This document shows, in pieces, positions 28,503 to 39,563 of a stretch of 64,000 nucleotides of DNA (its first letter is position 1; every line of letters starts with the position of its first letter). Source of the DNA: Spizellomyces punctatus DAOM BR117 (Eukaryota); NCBI GenBank assembly GCA_000182565.2, contig KQ257452.1; one strand, written 5' to 3'. The notes below the pieces were generated by a model, which saw only the letters and a list, made by a program, of their open reading frames with translations, was not told the origin of the DNA and made no database searches. The position numbers and the translations under genes were made by a program.

Positions 28503-28925
28503 ATGCTTCGAACGCCGTGCGCACTTCGTCTCCTCCCTTCCCGATCGCTTCACCGCTCCATTATTGCCCGTCTAGCCACCACCACCACAGCACCAGCAAC
28601 ATCACAAGGTATATACAGTGTCACTGGAAGATTTACAGCTTAGAAACTAATATTCTGCCTAGAACCTCCATCAACGGTAAAGCCCAAGGGTCCCCCAGAA
28701 CCGTCCTCTTGCAAAGAGGGCACCGTCCTGAAAGGTCTTAACATTCTGAAAGACGGGAAGGACCCGGTCGCACTGGCCGATGACGCCTACCCAGACTGGC
28801 TATGGTCTCTTCTCGACCCGCCGAAAAAGGATTGGACACCAGAGGAGCAATTGAGTAGAAAGTATTTGAGAAAATTGACCAAGGAGAAGATTAAAGCGAA
28901 CTCTATTGCGAAGAGGGCTCGGTGA
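28503..28925 (+). CDS. MRPL37: Mitochondrial ribosomal protein mL54 (yeast MrpL37)
   Basis: Presequence MLRTPCALRL; SSCKEGTVLKGLNILKDGKDPVALADDAYPDWLWSLL; one intron. Confidence 0.9.
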
Positions 28926-29025
28926 TGGGCAGTGATTGGTCGATTGATAGTTGGGTTGACGGTTCATGTATTTATAGATAAGCACTTTCATTATTGGAAT
29001 GGATATTTAAAATGGTAGTTTGGCT

Positions 29026-30194
29026 TTAGTATACTGGTGAGCATAACACCCGTCGAATCTTTTTCGCTAGAGCACCTCCTATAGCTTTCCGCCCGTTTCC
29101 ACCTGCTGAACGGATCAGTGATTCTCGTTCTGTATCATCATTACATGCCGCTAGTGCTTTCAAAAGACTAAGGATCCGGAAACTAAAATGTCAGGGATGC
29201 GCTCGTACTCAAAGTTATCAGATATCCCCACCTTCTCATAGTCGGATAATTCTTTGCAATAGCCACAGCCTTCTCCCCACTGACACCTTTTATCGTCATC
29301 AACTGCCGCGTCCAAATTTCCTGTACCCTGTACTCTTTTGACTTTGAGTTTATGGCTTGATACCCGTCAAAGGTCAGATGGCATTGACATCCATGTGTTC
29401 CTTCCAAATAAGCCCGCGTTTCTTTGAATGTGTCCCTATTCAGTACTTCACTTGATATCGCAAGCAAGTCCTGTTTCTATAGCGACTACAGGTAAGCATA
29501 TATCTAATGTGTGGCGAATTGGTCTGTAGAAAACATACTCCAAACTTTGCTATCAACCCTTTCGTCAACCGAACCAGATAGGCAATCGTCTCATCCAAAG
29601 ACGCAGTCTGTTTCAAAAAGAATCCATTGACAACTTGAACTTGTGCCATGGCCGTTCGAATCGCTGTCAGCCCAAAATTGAGCGCTTGGACCATGCTAGG
29701 TGATTTTTCGACCAGGTAAATTGTGTTTCGAAGGCCGCTGTTGCCTAGACGGAGCTGGGGGTGGTAAGTACTTTTGCCGTCAAACGTGTGAGTTAAAAAG
29801 AGGTTTAGGCATGTACTTTTTGGTCCTTGAATCGGGAATCCTTGATACTTGCTATTAGGTCATCCATTGTTTTGCGTTCAATAACATAATCGAGTACAAC
29901 TTCTTGTCCCTCGTTGGATGCATCTAGTTTAGATAAAGTTAGGTATGAGGTCGTGATTAAGGCCGTGTCTTGAAATCCGTACTTACCTCCCCGTAATTTG
30001 GCAACCCATAGGAAATCGCCTACGGTTAAACTTCTTGTCAACGTCTTTATTCCGTGCATCTCGAGCTGTTCTTGAATGTAACTTCGGTCTTTTTTGAGTT
30101 TGACTTCTCGCGTGTCGACAACAATGTATATATCAAATCTTCCTGCCGCGTAACGCAGCGGTACAGGCGTATTGGCTGTGATGGGTTGGGACAT
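29026..30194 (-). CDS. MUS81: MUS81-family ERCC4 nuclease (nuclease domain plus C-terminal HhH only)
   Basis: IVVDTRE, LTVGDFLWVAK, DYVIERKTMDDLIASIKDSRFKDQK, YLVE, QLMTIKGVSGEKAVAI. Confidence 0.85.
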
Positions 30195-30508
30195 GTTTGA
30201 GGGATTGTGGATAATGACCCGGTCGGAGGACGAAAAGCAAGACTGACCACAAAAGTCGCGCTCGGACGAACAGCCGGAGTGACTCACGCCGTGATGAGAT
30301 CAGCGCGTCCGATTCTGCTCACAGCATACAAGTAGGTGGTAGGGCATCCTGGTAGGGTCGTGCGGAAGGGTATTTCATAGTACGAGGCCCACATATTATT
30401 TACTACCTTCCGGCAATCATTACGCCGTCGAATAAAAAAAAACAGGTTCAAACACGTACAACACTACTACAATACACTTGTAAACACACTTTCTCAACTT
30501 CTTTTTTT

Positions 30509-31863
30509 CTACCACGTCATGGCTCTTCGGACGGGTAACCCCACTCCGCCAATTCCACCTGCATCCCTCCACAGCTCCACAACCCTGTTTCTTCTCTGTA
30601 CGTCTCCAGAGCGAACAGCATCCACGGCATACGCCATCACCTCCCTTTGAACACCCGCATCGGCTGCGTGAAGAATAATTGGTATCTCCCCTGCCGTCAC
30701 ACTTCGCACCTTTATGCCTGCCTCAAGACCAAACTTCACCTTTACACTATGTCGAACCGAAATTAGAGGCGAGACAAATGATATCACTGGCTGCTTGCTT
30801 TGTTGATTGGGTTTAACTCCCCGCAAGCTATCGAGGGGCACGTGCACCCGCTTTCTCCATAGATCACCACCATGTTGCGGCACGATACGGTGTACCAGGA
30901 TCGTCTCCGCAAGATCTTTGACCTGTCGCTGCGCTGAGACCTGAACGTGGGCCTGTAACGTCATTTCAACCCATTTTATTCTACAGCCTGGTGGAAGGGA
31001 GGCAACGTGGATATCGGCAATCATTGTCTCATCTAAGGCGTAGGAGCGGGACAACAGGGTGACCTGGTACGTTAAGGATGTGGAGGGAGTAGTGGTAAGG
31101 TTGGAGAGTGTGGCAGATGGTTGGCTTGGGATGGGATGCACACTAGGTAGACCGGATGTGCTGGCTCGACGGCCGACTTGCGGTGCGAGAATGTGGTGGA
31201 GGTTGTATTTTCTACATTCAATGTCGTGTAAAAAGTATCAGTGACGCGCGTATTCGCGGCAAATCCCACAAGCATAACTTACGATAAAACCACGGGGATT
31301 CTGACAGAAACCTTTCTCCTCCTCCTTCGCCCCCATTCCAAGACGGCCAATATAGTATACCCAACTCCCCCATCTTCACATTTGAAACTCGGTGGTAAAA
31401 TATCAGGCACGGAAAATCGAAAAGGTAACTCGTGGTCTCCACATTTCAGTGCCCCACTGTCCCCCAGGCATCCGACAACACTGTACGAAGGTAGTTCACT
31501 ACCCAATAGCACGATCTGTTGATGCACTAATACCCGCTTCTCCCGNNNNNNNNNNNNNNNNNNNNNNNNNNNNNNNNNNNNNNNNNNNNNNNNNNNNNNN
31601 NNNNNNNNNNNNNNNNNNNNNNNNNNNNNNNNNNNNNNNNNNNNNCATTTGGTCATGGGCACATGCCATGGGAGGATATGAGACCATTGTGTACGGGTTG
31701 CACCGTGGAGTGTGAGCGTTAGACGCGGAGAGTAGAGATGCTTTTGTGGGAGTATAGATAGGTGAACGGTGCCACGAATAGCGCAAGGGGTTATGCCTAA
31801 ACGGCCATGAATGAGGCTATCGTGTCCAGGAAGAGGATGAATGCTGATAGACAAAGGGGCCAT
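30509..31863 (-). CDS. Arrestin-domain (alpha-arrestin-like) protein, interrupted by N gap
   Basis: IRGTVHL...LTLTLHG, GDHELPFRFSVPDILPPSF, VGYTILAVL, SPLISVRHSVKVKF. Confidence 0.7.
31546..31645. other. Assembly gap (100 N)
   Basis: N run inside the arrestin-like ORF. Confidence 0.99.
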
Positions 31864-32895
31864 GCAGCGACTACAGTATTGACTATCGTTGTTGTTATTG
31901 CCGTAGTCGTCGTTCTCGTCGGGTACCGTACGGAAACACTCGCCAAAGTTTATAAAAACAAAAAGAAATTGTAATGAGGAATCTGTCAAGAAATGGAGAG
32001 GAGGTTTTGTTTTTCTTGAACCCATCCCATAGAACACTTCTCCCGCCCGCCTTCACAGCCACCTTACGAAAGCCGCGTGTCCTTGCAAATGTATCACACA
32101 ATCCAGAAGTGTGACATTTCACACTTCACACTGTTTGGCGGGTTTTGGTTCTTGGCAACGAAGAGGAGGACTGGAAGGAATGGAAGGGTTTGTTTATACG
32201 AATGAAGTTGGCATTTCAAAGAATTGGGACTTGCCAAAAAGGCATTTAATCATCAGGAGCACAACTGACAGGATGCGGTAAACAAATGCTAGGGATGTTT
32301 TGTTGAAAGCTCAGCCTTATTGTACATTGAACCCTTACAATCTGTTCTCGAGCTTCTTACCAATGGTATGTCATAAGTATTACGATGAGCTTCCTTGCAT
32401 TAGCCAAATGTTCCATGATAGCTTTGCACCCAGTGAGTACCTGATTATGACAGTGAAAACTTAAGGTGGGGAGCAAACAAAATGCTGAAGCGATGATTGA
32501 AATTTTTGATAAACTATGACAGCAGCAATGGAATAGCAGTGGAATACTTTACATTTAGTCTGACGTTTTGTAATAGTTTTCCTTGTCATAAAGGTGTTGC
32601 TCATTCCGATGTGCACTCACCAAGATTGCGACTGATAGCATTGCACTGTGTCACTTTAACTCTTTTACGCTGCTACACTAGAATTTAACAAAATCCCACA
32701 TTACAGCCAAAAAAAGGTAACAGCCATAGGATAAGTCAGCTGGTATGCACATACATTACTCTAAACCTAAATTCATATTCGCTTGTTTCAAAAGATGCAG
32801 GGACGCAGCTCCCAGAGTAGAAGGCTTCATTCTATTCACATACAACCAAGGATGTGAGATGCAAAAGTACGGCATTCGACAAGCAATTAAAAAAC

Positions 32896-34304
32896 TCACC
32901 TCGACAATAAAAAGGAGATAACTTCTTGCTGATGTAACATTACCGCCATATCCAATGGCAAGATTGTTTCCAAGGGGGGGGCTGCCTGTCCAGTAGACTT
33001 TCTCCTACTCAGCCGCCGCTGAGCTGGCAGGGGTGATGACGGTAGTGGTGCCGAAGATGACAAGGCAGTGGATGGTAATTCCAGCCCACTCGGGGTCGAT
33101 TTCGGCTGAGCATTTCGAAGGCGGACGAGAAGTCTGTAATCGGCAATGTTGAGTCCCTTTCGGGGATTCGCGCCATATTCGAGCAGCATGCGAACCATCG
33201 AAACCTGACCCCTGCAGCAGGCAATGTGGAGGGCCGTCAAACCGTACCAGGACTGGTTCACTTTGACGCGATGATTCTGCGGCGGATCGTTCAGCAAAGA
33301 GAATTCCCAAAAAAAAAATGCGGCAAGCGTCCCACCTGAATCATTCTAAACACCATAGTATGCAGTCCCAAACCCAATGCCAGCATAAAATATGACGGTG
33401 CATGAAAACTCTTACACCGCGCCGAAAACACGGGTGCATTCACGTCTGGAGGGTACCCCTTATCCAGCATGAGCATACAAACAGGTTCCATGCCATTCAC
33501 CATGGCTAGTAGGAAAATTTTTTCTGTCTCTGCTGCCCAGGTTTTGTGGAGCATGTTGGGGGAGATTTCGTCGAGGAGGGAGCAGGCTTGGGACATGCGA
33601 TGATCGTGTACAGCAATGTTAAGGAGGTGAAATGTGGCTGTTTTCAGGTATAAATAAGAGTGAGTGGCAGCAGCTATAGATAAGTGGAATCAGAGCTGAT
33701 TCATACTATGCTGAGATCGTTTCCGTTTTTTAGGTTTTAAGAGCTTTGACAGGACACCCTTTTTAGGGTCTGATCGATCTAAGAAAAAGGACAGCACAGT
33801 CAAAATCTTGCAATGAATGAACAACCACAAACAGCAAACAACAAGTTCCAAACCTTTTTTATGCTTCTCCCACAAATTCCCTTTTGACTTTGTGCCTTTT
33901 TCTAACATTGGCGTCGGAGCCCTTTGTCGCTTCTCCAACGCCATCAAAATACGTCTCTGGTGCTTAGCGCGCACATCCCCTTGCCGAAAATCTGCCAGAG
34001 ACACGACCTCGTTTGCCGACTTTGTCGGAGACCGTGACCTGCTCATACTCCCCCACGTTGACGGTCCACTTGCACTCCTCTTGAGCTGGTACAATTGTGA
34101 CCCATTCGGTATGATAAGTGAGGATGGACGTAATTTGGGCGACTCCGCCTTGGACGCTGGCAAACTCTTTGGTGACGTTGGTGCCGACTGGTTGATTGGC
34201 AGCGGGGGAGGAGGAGAGGACATGGACCGGAGGCGTTGAGCGAATCCCTTTTTGAGTTGCTTTCGTAGCGCCAGCTTCCCGCCATTGTCCGAGTTTGCGG
34301 CCAT
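32896..34304 (-). CDS. Ankyrin-repeat protein (3' end uncertain; may splice to further exons near 32770-32830)
   Basis: GLTALHIACCRGQVSMVRMLLEYGANP and LPLDMAVMLHQQEVISFLL ankyrin-like repeats; Ser/Pro-rich N-terminus. Confidence 0.7.
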
Positions 34305-34547
34305 GCTGCTGGAAAACTACTGCAAAGTCGGCCCTTTGAAATGGGGGATGCCCAACACCCACGGATTTTGCGTTGCCTGCTGTGCGTGCGCTGCCCTTGT
34401 AGACGATTCCAACTGACTTGAAAGAATAGAATCCGTAAAAACCCTCACCCTCATAACACCCCATTTTTGCTTACGTCATTATCGCGCACACGTGATCTAT
34501 GCCACAAGTTCTTGCCAAGTTGCCAAGTCTTTGCTTGTTGTTGGACG

Positions 34548-36410
34548 ATGGAAGGCAAGATCTCGTCGTTGCCAAATGAATTGCAGTACAGGATCCTTTC
34601 CTTCCTCTCCCTCTCTAGCCAAGAGCAGCCGAAAGCGTGTCCTTTTGTTGTGCCATCTTCAGGCTCCATAAAGATCCCTGATCTACCTGTACACGTCAAC
34701 GTCCAAGATGCCCTCAAGAGCCTAGCCAAACATGGTTTCTACCTTGTCGATAATGTGTTTGAGCCAGCCCTAGCAGAGAATGTCCTTCAGAGTCTCGTGA
34801 AGCTTGAAGCCAAGGGAGAGTTGCGAGAAGCCGGCATGGGCACGGGTATAACACGGTAAGCTACGGTAGTTTTATCTCTTTGCTATTGCGGCAACGTTTT
34901 TCTGACTCGCGGGCGTTTGATTAGACACCACGACGCTTCTAATCGCGGAGACAAGACTCGATATTTTTTGAATAGCGAGCTTACTGGCGGTGTGGACAGT
35001 ACTACGGTGCTCCCGGCACTTCAAACCCTCAAAGCCCATCTTGACTCGCTGACTGCACACATCAATTCCCGCCTATTCCCCGCCCCATCCGACAACCATC
35101 AACTATGTCCAAAAGGGCTCCAGGTGGCGTATTATACATCAAATGGGGCACGCTACGTCAAGCACCGCGATGCATCTCCGTTGAATCCGTACCGCAGATT
35201 GACGATCTTGACATACTGGAACAAAGATTGGACGTCGGACCATGGCGGGTGTTTACGCATCTACCTATCTGATGGAACGACAGTAGATGTAGAGCCACGA
35301 TGGAATCGTATGCTTATTTTCAGAAGCGAATTGGAACATGAGGTTTTGCCGTCCTTTGGGGACCGGTTTGCCATTACCATGTGGCTGTATTCTGAGAAAG
35401 ATATTACGGCGTTGCTCTCGAAACTTTTTTTCAATGGGCCTCCATCACCCCTATTACTAGCAGATCCCAGCAAAGACTCTACCATCTTTATATCCATTCC
35501 CTCTTACCGTGATTCCGAGACACACTCTACCGTCACCTCTCTCCTCCAAACTGCGGCCTACCCACACCGCCTCCATATCACCATCCTGTACCAAGATCAC
35601 CCAATCCAAGACAAAAACCTCCACCCTCCCCTCCCCTCCCATCCTACCATCATCACCCTTTGCATTCCAAGCAAGCAAGCCAAAGGACCGGCCTACGCCC
35701 GCGCACTCATTGCCAAAACATTTGAAAACCAAGACTACATACTCCAAATCGATAGTCACATGCGGTTTGGCGAGGGATGGGACACGTACTTGATTCAATT
35801 ACTTGAAGGTGTACGTAAGGGGCAAGGTCAACATCTTATTACAATGTACCCACCCAACTATGATCCCCTTACGGGAGCAAAGGATCCAGAACCATTTGGA
35901 CCTGTTATGATGTACCCAACGGGATTTGACCAGGATGGCATGTTGAGAATCAGTGGAAGGATGGTACCGCCTACAAATGAATTAGTTCCACAACGACTTG
36001 TTGCGTCGGGATTCTTGTTTGCGCCTGGGACACTTTACGTATCCTGTCCGCCGGATCCAAACTATCCGTATCTGTTCTTTGGCGAGGAAATTGTTCTCAG
36101 TGCCCGGTTATGGACTCGTGGATGGGATTTTTGGACGCCTGGGGATGGAAAGAGGGGTATCGTGTGGCATGCGTGGAAGAGAGGTTATCGGAAGACGTTT
36201 TGGGAGAATGGGAATGTAAGGGGTCGAGAGGAGGCTCAAAAGAGGGTACGAGTGCTCTTGGGAATGGAGGAGGCGGACATGGAGTTTGATCAGGAGATGG
36301 GATTAGGTCGTGTTAGAGGGTTGAAGGAGTTTGAGGCGTTTGTGGGAGTTTGCTTCAAGGAGCGGACCGTTGAGCCCTTTAGCTTTTCCAACTGTCTAAT
36401 TGCTGAATAA
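34548..36410 (+). CDS. Fusion: partial F-box-like motif + PHD/PhyA-type 2OG-Fe(II) prolyl 4-hydroxylase + Gnt1-type (GT60) hydroxyproline GlcNAc transferase
   Basis: One intron, 34856-34924. N-terminal ISSLPNELQYRILSFL; hydroxylase motifs RGDK, YVKHRD (HxD), RRLTILTYWN, GGCLR, HEVLP, RFAITMW; transferase motifs TIFISIPSYRD, AKGPAYAR, LQIDSHMRF, LFFGEEI, ARLWTRGWDF. Confidence 0.85.
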
Positions 36411-36520
36411 CCTGTGACAGAACTCGGCCTTCTACTCTACAAGGTTTCGCCATCACAATAAACATAAAAAACCACGCGGATCCCAAAATTGTCATACATC
36501 CATCCCAACCAATTCGCTCC

Positions 36521-37993
36521 CTAAAACCCATCCTCGGCTGCAGGCTTTTGAGATGGATAGGACCCCAACACCCTGATATCCAGACAGAACTCTTTCAATC
36601 CCTCCAGCGCCAAACGAACCCCCTCGTTCTCAACATGTCCATCAAGCTCGATAAAGAAATAATAATGCCTATGAAACAAACTAGAGTTAAATCTGCCTGG
36701 ATAGTTGGCATTAGGAGAAAGTAACCTACCATGGGCGCTGTCCAGATGGTCTTGAATCAATCTTTGTCAGGTTGATTCCATACTTTTTGAGGACACTTAG
36801 GGCGTCGCAGAGGGCACCGGGTTGGCGGTGATCAACGGTGAAGAAGAGGAGGGTGCGGTCATTGCCGCTTGGGTTGTCGGATGCATTGCCGATGATAAAG
36901 AATCGGGTGGTATTATCTAGGATTACGAACTTTAGAGTGGCCAAGGGTTATCAAAATGGGATGGGCACAGAGGGGGTACCTTTGGCATCTTCAATATTGT
37001 GTGCCAGGATATCAAGACCATACAGACTGGCGCATAGGCTGCTGCAAATAGCGGCCGCACCAGGTTCTCGTGCGGCAAGTTCAGCTGCATGAGCCGTGGA
37101 CGAGACGTTGATGCGTTCCACGCCGCGGAGGTGTTGAGAAAGGTAGGCTTGACATTGTCCAAACCCCTATCATCCAGTCCCAAATGAGACGCCATGTACC
37201 AGAATCTGACCGCACACGACAGCTCACCTGCGGATGACTATACACTTTACGCACTTGAGCCCGTCCCGTTCCACTATTCACTAACAACGCATGATGAACT
37301 CCCAAGTAATGCTCAGCCCGAATCTTGACTCCCCCAACCGACTTTGCAAACCGATCCAAAGTGGCTTGAACAGATCCAAATGTTGAATTCTCAAACGGGA
37401 CGACACCGTACGTGGCTGCTCCACTCTCTACTGCATCAAAGACGTCGGCAATGGTTTCTTGTGCGGCGTATTGGACGCTGTCGCCGAATCGTTCGCATGC
37501 GACTTGGTGGGTGTATGTACCGCGGGGACCGAGGAATGCAATGGTTATCTCTCGTTGAAGGGAAATACTGGCTGACATGATTTCGCGAAATATGGACTGG
37601 ATGGCGGGGGTGGGGAGGGGACCATGATTGAGGGTTTCTAGCTTTTGAGTGGATTGGGGTGAGGTTATGTTCGGCTCTCCTTGATATACGCATCCCAGGT
37701 GGTATACTCACCCTATCATAAATCTGTATTTCTCGACTCGGACGATGAATATGCTCATCCCTATTCCAGTAAAAAAGAAGGCTCGTAAAGACGGAGATAC
37801 GTTGCTGATAAACAAGAAAAAGATGTCCAAAAACTTACGCTGCACGACCTGTTTTGGCCTCCTTGGACTTTGCCAACCCGATATTCACACTCACGCTCGC
37901 CCGCTCATTCAAGAGTCGCACGATATCGGCGTCAAGGCCATCAATCCGGTGTCGTAGACGCTGCAAGTCGGAAGACGGTGGTTGCTCCGACAT
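36521..37993 (-). CDS. pheA: Bifunctional chorismate mutase (AroQ)/prephenate dehydratase with ACT domain (P-protein type)
   Basis: Exon 1 MSEQPPSSDLQRLRHRIDGLDADIVRLLNERASVSVNIGLAK, then RPSRE (CM); IAFLGPRGTYTH, VPFENSTFGSV, YSHPQ, NTTRF (PDT); PGALCDAL...NLTKIDSRP...YFFIE, LGSYP (ACT). Confidence 0.9.
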
Positions 37994-38240
37994 TGTCAAA
38001 AACCGCTACCTTGTCAAAAACTAAACTGCAAGCAAGCGCCCATCTAAACCTCAACCATCTTATCATGACTCACATACAGCACCATGGCAACAAGCACATC
38101 ACGTGACACAACCATGACACAGTCTGGCCTTTGCATCCAAACACGACGAGGTAGACACGTAAAGCTCATCCCGATCGCCCCGCGACCAATTACAAACGGG
38201 AACATTTTTGACGCTTGTACAAGGAAACTAGCAAGAAACG

Positions 38241-39406
38241 ATGCCATCTGCTACGACAAGCCCCGAGTCTGTGATTGTCCACCCCCTCGTCCTCCTGTCC
38301 GTTGTAGACCATTACAACCGAACAGCGCGTAATACCAAGAAGCGCGTGGTGGGGGTTTTGTTGGGACAAAATGTTGGGAGTAAAGTAAATGTGGCGAATA
38401 GTTATGCTGGTATGTTTGAGTTTTGTGAAATAAGGGTTCCTGTGTTGTATTCATTGGTGTCTAGTTCCGTTTGAGGAGGACGATAAAGACCCTTCGATTT
38501 GGTTTTTGGACCATAATTACCATGAAGCCATGTACGACATGTTCAAAAAAGTCAATGGTAAAAGATGCGATTCCGATAACATACCTGCGGGGAGACGTTG
38601 TTCCCAAAACCATACTGATTGTTTTCTAAACTTTCACACACACATAGCAAAGGAAAAGATTGTAGGATGGTATCACAGCGGTCCCAAACTCCGCGCATCA
38701 GATTTGGAGATCAATGAGCTTTTCAAGCGGTATATTCCAAACCCTGTGCTTGTCATTATTGACGTTAAGCCCAAGGATTTGGGAATACCTACCGATGCAT
38801 ATTATGCCGTAGAAGAGATTCACGATGTAAGTAGAGTAACAAAAGTACGAGTACCTAGAACATTGCTCTTTAACTTGTTGGGGATTTCAGGATGGAACCG
38901 CCACAACAAAAACATTCAATCACATCCCCTCCCAAATCGAAGCTGAAGAAGCCGAAGAAATTGGCGTAGAGCATCTCCTTCGTGATATCAAGGACACATC
39001 GGTCGGCACGCTTTCCACTCAAATCACCAATCAACTTAATTCCCTGAAAGGCCTGCAAAACCATTTATCGGATATTCAAAATTATTTGACAAAAGTCCTA
39101 TCGGGGTCGTTACCCGTCAATCATCAAATTGTCTATAACCTCCAGGATATCTTTAACCTCCTCCCCAACCTCCAGGTTCAAGAAACCGTCAAATCCTTTG
39201 CAGTCAAGACCAATGATGAATTGTTGGTCATGTATCTGTCGAGTTTGATTCGGGCAGTGATTGCTTTGCATGGGTTGATTGAAAATAAGTTGATGTTGAG
39301 GGATGCGGAGCGGAAGGAGGAGGGTGGGGGTGAGCCAGAAAAGAAGGATGTGGTGGAGAAAAAGGAGGGGGATAAGACAGAGGAAAAGACAGAAGAAAAG
39401 AAATAG
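38241..39406 (+). CDS. RPN8: 26S proteasome lid subunit Rpn8/PSMD7
   Basis: [17 protein letters not shown]...[49 protein letters not shown]. Confidence 0.97.
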
Positions 39407-39563
39407 TTGCCTTTCAAAATATAGGGTTTGTGTTCTGCGTGTTGATTTTTGCAACCATTACATAAGTCGCTAGGATATCACCAGCCGACCCTCTTTTAGC
39501 AAAAAAACAACACCCTCATGGCTATATACACTCCATTCATTATACATTGCTACCGCCCGTCCG

